This document shows positions 23,871-36,485 of a stretch of 64,000 bases of DNA, piece by piece. Positions within the stretch are counted from its first letter, which is position 1. Each line of letters opens with the position of its first letter. Where the stretch lies: assembly GCA_951406725.2 (NCBI GenBank), contig OX597816.1, positions 147,870,001-147,934,000 on the forward strand. Direction: 5' to 3'. A program made the translations under genes and the position numbers. The notes beneath the pieces were generated by a model that was not told where the DNA came from, searched no databases, and saw only the letters and a list, made by a program, of their open reading frames with translations. The DNA comes from Octopus vulgaris (lineage: Eukaryota).

Positions 23871-24809
23871 TAGTAAAGAAAAAATAAGATGGCTAGCAGC
23901 AGGCTGTTTCGCCTCATACCGAAGGAATTAGAAATGGCAATCAAAGACCGTTTTTCCATTTTCTATAAGTGGAGATTCCAAAAAACGAAGGCCCTTACGG
24001 CTCACATACACAAAACCGGAGTGGCAAATATACGAAATCAGTCACTTACCGTTAATAGCGAACACGTGTTTCTGGATCGCAAACATAGAAAAAATTAGTT
24101 TGAATTCCGTCATCGGCGCTATATTCGATAGCTTTACCAAATGCCACTAGCCCTCACTTCTGACCCAGCGACATCAGATAGTGGGGGGAAGAGCGCAGAT
24201 GTTAAAACTAAGTAGCGACTGGGATAGTAAATTTTCCCTCCAAAATTCTGCCATGCGCGCTTTCTGGGTAATCGTAATGGAATGAGGAATCCACATGGTA
24301 ATGCAATAAAAATGGTAAATAATTTTCCTGTGGTTTTTCGTGTAACCAACAATTATTTACCGGTAAATTTCGGTATGTAAATACGACAAATTAATTGTCA
24401 GGACCTTTGTAAGGTTCAGTATATAGTAAAGAAAAAATAAGATGGCTAGCAGCAGGCTGTTTCGCCTCATACCGAAGGAATTAGAAATGGCAGTCAAAGA
24501 CCGTTTTTCCATTTTCTATAAGTGGAGATTCCAAAAACGAAGGCCCTTACGGCTCACCCGTAAGGGCCTTCGTTTTTGGAATCTCCACTTATAGAAAATG
24601 GAAAAACGGTCTTTGACTGCCATTTCTAATTCCTTCGGTATGAGTAGAAACAGCCTGCTGCTAGCCATCTTATTTTTTCTTTACTATATACTGAACCTTA
24701 CAAAGGTCCTGACAATTAATTTGTCGTATTTACATACCGAAATTTACCGGTAAATAATTGTTGGTTACACGAAAAACCACAGGAAAATTATTTACCATTT
24801 TTATTGCAT
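23871..24809. mobile_element. Tandem plus hairpin insertion of a 553-bp hammerhead-bearing monomer
   Basis: 23871 repeats at 24424. Palindrome arms 24301-24552 and 24558-24809 enclose a 5-nt loop. The host flank is duplicated on both sides. Confidence 0.88.
24055..24122 (-). ncRNA. Type-I minimal hammerhead ribozyme-like motif (CCGAUGA core variant)
   Basis: atagcg-CCGAUGA-c-gga..caaac/gtttg..tcc-a-GAAA-cacgt-GUU-cgctat. Stem I is 6 bp and stem III is palindromic. Confidence 0.55.
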
Positions 24810-24815
24810 ATAGAT

Positions 24816-24906
<91 letters not shown>

Positions 24907-27900
24907 TAGATATAGATATATAGATATATAGATATATACTCACTCACAAACACATATCCACTTATATATATACATACTTGCATAAATACATAGATATAGC
25001 AACTGAAATGAAATATTCTTTCCGCCAGTTCACGCAACGCTATTTTTGTAATACATACAAAGATAAGTACATACACTAATGCATACATGTATACATACAC
25101 GCACGCACACACAAACGCACACACGCCGCGCACGCACTTAATACAGACATACGTATATTAATACTTACATACATACTGATACACATACATACATACATAC
25201 ATATATACTTACATACATACATAATACATATAGACGTACAAACAGACATATTTGTGGATACATGTATTATGAGTGAGAGATGAAGATTTGTGCTAGAAAG
25301 ATACATTGGTGAACTCAAGGATTAGAGTCTCTTGGATATTTTAGCGTAACTTGTCTCGTAATCTTAAGAAATAGAGTTCCATCTGTCAACATTCTGACTA
25401 CAAATCTGAATTAATCTATCGCGTTTAACTTCAAATCATCTGGGTGCGGCGAAATACATGTCAAAACTATAGTGTTTTCTGTTTGATTGACTACATTCCT
25501 CACTATATTTTGTATCAAAGGAAGCTATCAGTTTTATCGACCTTGCAAAGCATAGGAAATAATAACATCAACAGTTGACATTTGAAATCTCACAACCGGG
25601 TGATGCTTTAAAGTATTTAGCCTAACTGCTCTTTCAGCCAGGAACTATGGCGCTATTTTTATCGAATATTTGAAATGTAATCCACTATCCGTTGATATTA
25701 ATTCAAATTTCAGCATAGATATTATATTTCATTTTCGATTCACGTTGCTTTAATAGTTTATTACCCTTTCGAACTCACAATACAAATATTCTTTATTTTA
25801 TATTTTATTCTTGGAATCCACTTTTAATTAACTTTATTAATTAAATATTACGGTGTTATAAAATACATTTTTATTCTTGTTATTCATTTTTCATTTTTTA
25901 CTGGTCCTGTTCTTTTCCTTTATTTCATGATGTAATTTGCTTCATTGATAATTTGCATTATTGATTAGCCTTACTATTGTAAGGTCTTTCAATTTTCGAA
26001 ATTTCAAATACTGTTTGCTTTTTTCACCTTTGTGTTTGCATTTTTCTTGCAAAGGTTACTTTTATTGTATAAGAGTTGGCAGCAACTGAGTGCAAAACTG
26101 TGAACTGCTAAATCTAGTGCAGTTTCAGATCTAGGTTTAGTTCATTTTATGTTACACGTTCTCCTAGTATTCCTGGATGAGACAGGAGAACAAGTAATTA
26201 CCATTTTGCCCACTTCAAACACATCGTCATTGTTGTTAAACAAAAATGCAAAATGTAAAGTAAAAGGAACATTTAAAGTTTACTTTTTTCAACGGCCGAA
26301 TGTTATATTTCTTACAGTGGAGAAAAAAGAATTAAAGAAAATCCGTCTGAGCTGATTTCAAATTATTTGATTATTTCAAGCACAATTTTATCAATATAAT
26401 TTATTTTTTTATCTTTATTTTACACTTTATATTTATTTTAATTTTATTTTGTTTATTTATTTGTTTTTTTTAGGAAAGGCTTGAGCAGAACAACTTTCTC
26501 AATGCTTAAAATATCCGGGTTTAAGGTCCAAATAATGAAATTCATTTTTTGTTTCTGCTATATATACCGTGCAAATTTTATATTTTACTAATTTGTCATG
26601 CCTCTAGCTGGTATCATTCGATGTAACGAAAATACAATCTAGTCAAGCCCAAATATATGCGTTGATACATATACAAAGCTCATTAGTATAACACAGTTAA
26701 ACAATACGCGTGCTATATGTCAAGTGATTACAATCTCCATATTATTCCACCATTCATACTTAAAGATATTTATGGGAATTGTAGTTGCTTGACTTGATAA
26801 TGTGTTGAAATAGGAAACTGATCTTCGGTTAGGTTGACGTAAAGTGTCATCTAAAATTCTTTTGTTCATGACAGGAAAATGGGTGATTTGGTTTATCTAA
26901 CTATAAACACTGCATCTCATTGATATTTTGTTCTATGCAGCTTAGTAGCCATGGATTATTATTAATTTGTATGCTTGTAGCATTGTTTCTTTCTAAGAAC
27001 AAGCATTAAACATGTTAGAAATATTTGCACTTATGTCTTAGTCTGACTAATTCTATGATAATAATGAGTTTATTAGAAATATTCTTTCACCAATCGAACT
27101 ATTAGTAATCATATTCTAATTACATCTAAGGTTAATAAATAAATAAATAAATAAATAACAGGCATGTACATGATTAGATTCTATCAACTAGATGACTTTC
27201 CAGTTAGCGTGTGATCTCTCTTTGATAGTGAAAGGAGAGCGAATGGAGAAATAAAGTGTGCATGCGTGCGTATGCATGTGTGTGTGTACGTGTGTGTGCG
27301 TGCGTGTGTGTGCGTGCTTGTGTGTGTATGTGTGTGCGTGTGAAAGAGTGAGAGAGAGTAAAGATGTGTGCCTGTTGGAGTCTATGTGCGGACATGTTTT
27401 AGCGTGTCCGGAAAACACGGAAAACAGGAAATATGGCAGGGAAAGACAGTAATGAAAGAGCAAGTCAGTTTAATTGGAACTGTCACATTATAATAATCCA
27501 CTTTCTTATTCTCATTTAAACCATTCTGAAGAATATAAATTGGTTACATTCGCGTAGCACCATGCGTCACATTTATGTATCAGTATCAAAATATAATATA
27601 CAGGAATACATTTATATAGGTGTCAAACGATGGGTATGAGTGTGTACGTATGTTTGTGTCTTTATCTATGCGTTCATGTTTCTACGAAAGTGAAATGAAG
27701 ATCTAAAAATAGGAAAAACCATGTGATAAATAGTCAAAAATATGTTTCACGCGTTTTTAAAAACAAAAACATCAAAAGAAATAGACATTCTGTGTGTAGA
27801 CAAACTTGACATTCAATTCATAACAGCTCACATGGAGATATAGACACAGGCACATGATTTCTAACATATATCTGATGGTTCGGTTTCAAAAAAGTTTAGG

Positions 27901-28348
27901 AATTATTCAGAAATTTCAATATATACGATTTGTTTATTTGCAGCAGTCGCAGCTTGCTTTCCCAGTTTAATGCTGATCAAACAGAACTATACCCAAACAC
28001 ACTCTTTCAGTCATAATCCGATACAGATAGCGTTCATTCTTAGACATAACTAATGTTATACAATGCGTTACTATGTTTTAAAAGAAGGCATACTATCGAT
28101 TCGAGGGTGGTTTAACTGCTGTTTTTACCCAGTCGGACAAGCACGGAAAAGTCTCCTCGTAAACTCGAGTTTTCTATTTTACGTATATGTAGAGACTAAT
28201 CAAATACAATTGACAATTATACGCGATGCTAGATCAAACTCTCTTGAGGAAAGTAAGTTGCCAAAAATATTCCAATACGTAAGTCTAGAAAATAGATTGC
28301 ATATTATTTATAAATATACAGCATATATATATATATATATATATATAA

Positions 28349-28386
<38 letters not shown>

Positions 28387-28521
28387 ATGTAGTGTGTATG
28401 AATACACACGTTCATACACATATATATTTGTATATAAATGTATATGTGTGTGTGAGTGTGTGTGTATATATATGTATATATGTGTATATATGTATGTATA
28501 TATATGAATATGTGTATATAA

Positions 28522-28573
<52 letters not shown>

Positions 28574-28654
28574 TAAGGATGGTATTTGGGAGGTTAGGTA
28601 AACGAGGTTTAATTTTGGTCACTCCAGCTTTTTTCTTGTGTTTTAGAGTCAATC

Positions 28655-29047
28655 TGGCCGCTACACTGGCAATGTTTACCGGAGAACAATAGATCGGTGA
28701 CCCGATTTGTCTCCTCTGAAAGCCTGTCAGAGGGTGAAAGCTATCGCATAATTTAAGTAGAGAGCGGGATTGTCTTCCCCCGCGTGGTATGTTCAAGAAT
28801 GTATCGAGAACATTAAAACTAGCCGGATAAGCGTGAAGCACGAAGAGAAGGGAGGACGTCCCTCAACATCTGTCACTGAGGTAAAGATTTGATAAGCTTG
28901 AAAGACGGTTCTGGTGAACCGACTAGTGACCAATGATGAGCTGCTATATTCTCTGCAAATTAGTCATGGATCTGAATGAGATTATCCTCGATATTCTTAC
29001 CTTCCATAGAGTCTATCGTAGATGGGTTCCAAAAGAAATGACTGAAA
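28655..29047 (+). mobile_element. Mariner transposase N-terminal fragment (pseudogene)
   Basis: Frameshifted ...SVKHEEKGGRPSTSVTEVKI...LVNRLVTNDELLYSLQISHGS...ILTFHRVYRRWVPKEMTE contains the GRP and WVPHEL-type motifs. Confidence 0.85.
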
Positions 29048-29061
29048 TATGTATATATACA

Positions 29062-29140
<79 letters not shown>

Positions 29141-29265
29141 GGGGATAGATAGATTGATAGATAGATAGATAGATATACATATATATATATATATGTGTGT
29201 GTGTGTGTATCTCACTTTCCAAGTGTTAAACTAATACATGTTTGTTGTTTACACACCCGTCTTCA

Positions 29266-29314
<49 letters not shown>

Positions 29315-29368
29315 CATACATGTACATAAACATATATACACATACACAAGCATGTATCTATCTATCTA

Positions 29369-29415
<47 letters not shown>

Positions 29416-29418
29416 GCA

Positions 29419-29451
<33 letters not shown>

Positions 29452-29794
29452 ATATCCATACTGCATGCCCAATGAACATAATTAAAAGCTGAAGATTAAT
29501 AAGTTTAGTAAAAATATTCTTTCTTTTATTCTTTTGTTCTCATATTATTCTGATCTGTAATATTCAGTCTAGACAGCTTAGCAACGACGCCACAGATTTG
29601 ACTCACTGTGCTCGGTAAACTATAAACAGACGTCATTTTTATTATCTCCAAATATTTGGTAGCTTGTTTCTCAGTCTTCTTGTATTTACCTTACTACCAA
29701 ACTAAACGCTCTTCTTTAGCACAACGTAATGATTACTGAAGCAAATTGTTTCTAAGCTAACTTCATTTCTATTGCCTACAAAAGTTCATATTCT

Positions 29795-30020
29795 CTTTTA
29801 CTCTTTTAGTAATATCAGCATGAGAGCTGCGGTCATAGTGGGGAATCGTCGCTGGCGTTGCTACACTTTCAGTACTTTAATTCACCTGATATATGACATT
29901 TGGCGAATGAAGATGTTTGATGTTCCTGCTCTCACATGTATCTTCTGGGACGAGGTAGGTTTATCGGGAACTCTTGACAGGATGAGACTTAGTTTTGCTC
30001 CAACCCACTTGGACAAGTAT
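29795..30020 (-). mobile_element. Decayed 3' end of a CR1/L2-group LINE
   Basis: AKLSLILSRVPDKPTSSQKIHVRAGTSNIFIRQM followed by a tail ending ctaaaagagtaaaagag. Homologous to 610-1050. Confidence 0.65.
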
Positions 30021-30139
30021 ATGAAACTCGACTAACTGTAAAGCCACCACCCAAAATGCAAACATACACATTTACAACGTCATTATAAATTTGGCTGTAT
30101 GTCTGCATCTGTTAGCGTTAGGATTAGGGCTAGAACTGC

Positions 30140-30620
30140 CAGTCAATAGATAAGTGCTTTGCGCGTGGGTACGAGTTGCTTTGATTTTTTTATTTCTAGC
30201 CATGCTGCTGCTGACGTTCTCCTTAGTCAATTGAGTGACGGTTGTACTTACACCTTTTATTTTTAGATTTCGACTAGCTACCTTAATAATTTACTATTTT
30301 CACTGTACCATTTTACTGAACCAGCCACTGATTCCTATGATATTTTCTATAAACTGACAAGACTAGTTCAGCTTAGCCCGGGGCAACGGAATGTTACTGA
30401 TGAGGGTTAATTCGATCCGAAATCATCGACGAATTGACACTCTCACTTGCTGTAGGGAGGTTGTCTCCCTTATCACTCAATAGATAAATGCTTTGCCCGT
30501 TGGTAAGAGTTGTTTTGGCTCTTATTTCTAGCAATGCTAGTGCTGATTTGCACCCTTTGTCACTTTGGCAACGATTGTACTTTTGCTTTTGGAGTTTTTA
30601 ATTGGGACTAGCCACCGGAA
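30140..30620 (+). mobile_element. ~335-bp partial tandem repeat with a hammerhead-like motif (30388-30444)
   Basis: 30142-30260 is repeated at 30475-30590. Motif: ggaatgtta-CUGAUGA-gggtt aattc gatcc-GAAA-tc atcgac ga-AU-tgacactct. Confidence 0.6.
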
Positions 30621-30622
30621 TA

Positions 30623-31613
<991 letters not shown>

Positions 31614-31733
31614 CATCATTATTGCCTTTGTACAGCTTCTAACGCTTGAGATGTACTACGGTGTCAGCTTTTCATCCTCATCGTCATTATCATTATTATT
31701 ATTATTATCATATATATTTTATTGCGTGTGCTT

Positions 31734-31778
<45 letters not shown>

Positions 31779-33174
31779 TGTCTGTCTGTCTGTGTGTCTC
31801 TGTGATAGGACCAGCAAAAAATGTACTCAATTAGTGATATATGTCATCGAATGAATACATAAGTTTTATGTGAACTACGTGTAGTTTCATGCTCAGATAA
31901 TGTAGTAATGAGACAGGCTTTTATTGCGTGCCGTGCAGAGTACGACAATCCTACAGGTTCAAAAGACATGACTATCTTACAAGGAAATGCCACGGAAGAA
32001 AATTTCAGAAAAATTATTACCAAAAACCAGAAGAAATCGTAAAGTATTTTTTTTAAAGAGAAGGGTGATAAAGTTTATGGTACTGAATTGTTAATGAATT
32101 GTTATATCTAAGATAAATAAGCCTGGTAGGGGCGGTCGCATGGAGGACACATAGAAATATGTAAGCTCGTTTTTAGGCGTAAATATATTAAGCAGTTTTA
32201 ATGCAATGTTCCGTGCAAGTAAGTACAACGTTCGCTTAGGCAAATTGGTGGAGCTGCTGTAACTCGTATCATTTCTCACATAATCAATGTGAAGCCAACA
32301 TAAAGTCAGAGTCTAACAGTGCTGGATTGGATGCTTTCCTCTATTTCTTCAGGTTTTCTGCACTCGGAACTGAAACCTCATCGAGGCCAACTTTCATAGC
32401 CTTACGGCTTGATAACTCTCTCTATATATATCTCTCTTTCTATCTATCTCTTTATCTCTTTCTCTGTCTCCATCTATCTTTCGCTCTCTTTCTCTCTTTC
32501 TCCATCTCTCGCTTTCTATCTCTCTTTCTCCATCCTTCGCTCTCTATCTCTCTGTCTTATTCAGCTACATTGAAGTAACCGAGAGAGATGAGTTCATAGC
32601 CGCTCATATCGGTTCATATCACTGCACTTGCAATGCTTTCACCACCTCTCTTTGGACACATATACAAAGATAATATCCTTGCTTACATAAAAAAAAAACG
32701 TTAAGTTCTAATTCGGTCATTAAAAAACATATATATCTGCCGTAGGCGATGTATGTTTCTCATATTTTTATATATGTATAACGAGACGAATACATATCAA
32801 CAGAAAAGTCCTATGCACTAAAATACCTTTATCATTGTCCTGCAGGTGTACTCATTTACATTACATTCATTCTGCACGTAGGTTAATTAATGAATAATAA
32901 TATTGAGGACCTCACAAATTTGCTGGAACTACAATTGTAGGAATAAGTTTCCTGGCTTTAAACTTTATATGTATCTACTAATTGGGTATATTTAGGTTTA
33001 TTGTAACTGACTTTTGAGTTTAATTGCATAATTATATTCTCGTTCTTGTAATGGAAACTTCAGGACATTTCCTATCAAGATTCATCTGAAAAGTTAGTTA
33101 CTGGTTTAATAAAAAAAAATGTATATATAATGGTTCTGTGTGTGTGTTTATGTGTGTGGGTGTGCACGTGCATA

Positions 33175-33292
33175 TGTCGTTATTTAGTTTTATTTCAAGA
33201 TTTCATACCAATAGAGAGAAAGAGTAGGTTTCTAACCTAGATCCAAGACTCCTTCATTGGAATTTCAACATCTACAGCGTATTGTTGTATTT
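33175..33292 (-). mobile_element. 3' UTR end of a (CATA)n-associated RLE LINE
   Basis: The reverse complement matches 54790-54903 (ttggatctaggttagaaacc...aaataaaact). Confidence 0.6.
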
Positions 33293-33709
33293 ATGTATGT
33301 ATGTATGTATGTATGTATGTATGTATGTATGTATGTATGTATGTACGTACGTACGTATGTATGTGTGTATGTATGTATGTATGTATGTATGTATGTACGT
33401 ACGTACGTATGTATGTATGTATATATATGTATGTATGTATATATGTATGTATGCATGTGTGTGTGTTTGTATGTATACACGCATGCATGTATACATAGTT
33501 CTGTTAGTATCGTCGTGGTGTGTTGTGCGTTGATCCTGGATTTGTTAGATATTCCATTACTCCTGGCTTTTCTAGTGTTCATATGTTTGCCGCGTTTTGA
33601 ATCGTTTTTCCGCCAGATAAATGGCACGCATATTACGTATGTATTTATGTGTTAAACATCTACATACTTGCACACACACACACTCTCTCTCTATCTTTCT
33701 CTCTCTCTA

Positions 33710-33765
<56 letters not shown>

Positions 33766-33924
33766 GTACACGCATACACACACATGTATGTATGTAACAG
33801 TGTATATATATATATATATATATATATGTATTGGTGATTACGTATAATCCACAAAACTTGCACACATGTTTTACGTTTAAACATTCTTAAATATAGTGAT
33901 ATTCGTGACATCATGAATCATATT

Positions 33925-34123
33925 CTTTTCTACTCTGAGCACAAGGCTCGAAATTTTGAGGGGAGGTGGGGGGTCAGTCGATTAGATCGACCCAAGTACG
34001 CAACTGGTACTTATTTTATCGACCCCGAAAGAATGAATGGTAAATCGACTTCGGCGGAATTTGAACTTAGGATGTAAAGACAGACGAATTAACGCTACGT
34101 ATTTCGCCCGGTGTGCTAACGTT
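33925..34123 (-). mobile_element. tRNA-derived SINE family B (tail type 1)
   Basis: Minus-strand B box agttcaaattcc, core cattcattctttcggggtcgataaaataagtaccag, and tail gagccttgtgctcagagta. Confidence 0.85.
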
Positions 34124-34360
34124 TATTATTTCTTTATTGCCCACTAGGGGCTAAATTTAGAGGGGACAAACAAGGACAGACAAACGGATTAAGTCGAGTA
34201 ATTCGACCCCAGTGTGTAACTGGTCTTTAATTTACCGACCTCGAAAGGATGAAAGGCAAAGTCGACCTCGGCGGAATTTGAACCCTGAACGTAACGGCAC
34301 GAAATACCTCTAAGCATTTCGCCCGGCGCGCTAACGTTCCTGGCAGCTCGGAGCCTTAAG
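34124..34360 (-). mobile_element. tRNA-derived SINE family B (tail type 2)
   Basis: Head taaggctccgagctgccaggaacgttagc, B box ggttcaaattcc, core gcctttcatcctttcgaggtcggtaaa, and tail gtctgtccttgtttgtcccctct...gggcaataaagaaa. Confidence 0.88.
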
Positions 34361-34742
34361 ATTATGAATCATATTCATGTTGTGCATGGAATGTTTTGTA
34401 ATAGCTCTATATATTTCATTCACTATTGCAACCAATGATGAATGATACTTTTTACATAACCCTAATAGTCTTTCTCTTATAAATACCTAAGAAAACTTTA
34501 AGAATATCAAATTGTTCACACATTATCTGTCCACGCAAACAAAACGCCTTCCTTTATAGTTCAGAGGTATTCTCAATTAAAATACAAACGATTCTGCTTC
34601 GTTCCGAACCTGCGTTTAAAACCTGAAAGGATTTCATCCCCTCGGCGTTGAAAAATGAAGAACCAGTCTTAGGTCAGGATTTCATCTTCAATTTCATCTT
34701 CATTATCATCTTTATCGTTATCGTCATCATCAGCATCATGGG

Positions 34743-34779
<37 letters not shown>

Positions 34780-35464
34780 GCCACCACCACCAGCATCGTC
34801 GTTGAAGCCGTTGTCGTCAATATATTTGCACTTTCTTTTCCTCCTATTTCGTCTTCTTTCTCTCCAAAAAATCGTATTTGTTGACGTTGGAGAAGGATTG
34901 GTCGTACCAATTTTAGAACTTCAAGATATGCTACTCTCAGTCATACAGTTCTTTCTTTGTAGCTTGTGTTGAGGTGCCGAGGAAAGTTCATTCTTAATTA
35001 ATTATTGCCTGGCGTTGTCAAAGCACGTATAGTTATGCATATTAGCAGTGCCAGCTTAGTAATACCAACGTTTGTGTACACTATCAAAACCGATAATCTT
35101 ATTAGGAGAAAATAATTTTATTTCCGTTGATGGTCTAAGAAGACTGCAAACTAGTTTCATTAAATTCCCTTTTTCTCTTGAATGAAGAGATACTGGTTTC
35201 AATTTTCAACACAAGGTCAACAGTTTTAGGGGAGTGGAATAATCAATTACACAACCCCAGTATTTAGCGGGTAGCGGGTATTTATATATTCCCAAAGGAT
35301 AAAAGTCAAATTCGATTTCGGCGGAATTTTCGTAAATGAAGAGATATTAATCTGTGGCTTATCTCTTTCTATAATTTTTTGCACCGAGGTCAAAAATCTA
35401 AGTTTATCACAAGGTTTATCTGACATTACATTTCGAAATATCAAAAAAGCAGTTAATGATTTAT

Positions 35465-36485
35465 TGGGACACGATATGTCGTTATGTAACCATAATATAC
35501 TATAAAATATTAAACGTTTTTATGAGTACCGTGTTCCACTATGTTAGCAGTGCTGTTACATCACTTGTTAAAGTTATTTCTCTCTAAATGGTTCGCCAGA
35601 CGTAACGCCCTTTTTTGATTTAATACCTTTTATAATATATAAATGTTTATTCAGCAATTTTTTATTGAACGCATATTTATTGCATTACTTAAAGAAACGA
35701 ATAATAAACTAATGAAACAAACCGCAGAAGTTTTAGGAAATAAAAACGAAACTCCATTAGAAACTAGAAAACTCAGATACAAAAGGGCGTTACTTCTGCC
35801 GCACAATATATTTTCTGTAAAAAATATAGCCAGCATTGATTTTGTTATAGCGTTTCATATCCGAGACGACTGACGTAAACAAGAACGCGGTCGAAGTTGA
35901 AGAAAGGGTAATGAGCGTTTATGACACATTTGAGTAGTTGTTGCCCTTCATCAGCATCCATCCAATCCATTACTCAAACATGAACTTAAATAACCACTAA
36001 ATATAGCGGTGTTACATTATTGGATGTCCCAATTTTATTTATTAAATATATTCCTGGAAGCCGGTAGATATTTATCACTTGTAGAGACATGGTATTTCGC
36101 TATGCAACCATAGCATACAACAAACGTTTTTCTAAGTGTTCTACTGTGTTAGCAGTGCTATTACTTCACTTGTTAAGATTATCTCCACGGATTTTCTATA
36201 GAAATTACAACCAGCACTGATTTTCTTACGAATGTGTTTAATATGTAAAATTGGTATATCCAATAACGTTCCACCGCTATATTTAGTGGTTCTTCAAGCA
36301 AAGAGTTCGTGGATGATTTATGGATTGGCTGAGTGCTGATGAAGGAGCAAAAATTCTTGGAATATGTTATATATGCCCATTACCCATTTTGCAACTTCGA
36401 TCTCGTTGTTTGCAATCCGTACTGGTTATAATTTCTATAGAAAATCTATAGACATAACTTTAACAAGCAGCAGTGCAGTAACATT
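35465..36485. mobile_element. Old tandem plus fold-back repeat (~410-bp monomer) with a decayed hammerhead
   Basis: 35465-35585 is similar to 36083-36185 (direct). 36246-36485 is an inverted copy of monomer segments. CUGAUGA occurs at 36336 (+) and ~35950 (-). Confidence 0.65.
35597..35798. mobile_element. ~200-bp MITE-like insertion
   Basis: Terminal inverted repeats cagacgtaacgccctttt / aaaagggcgttacttctg. The segment is absent from the second monomer. Confidence 0.55.

Noticed and set aside
21474-24809. CRISPR array or classical TIR MITE interpretation of the repeats
   Set aside because: There is no repeat-spacer periodicity. The inverted arms continue past the monomer junction asymmetrically, which simple TIR elements do not do.
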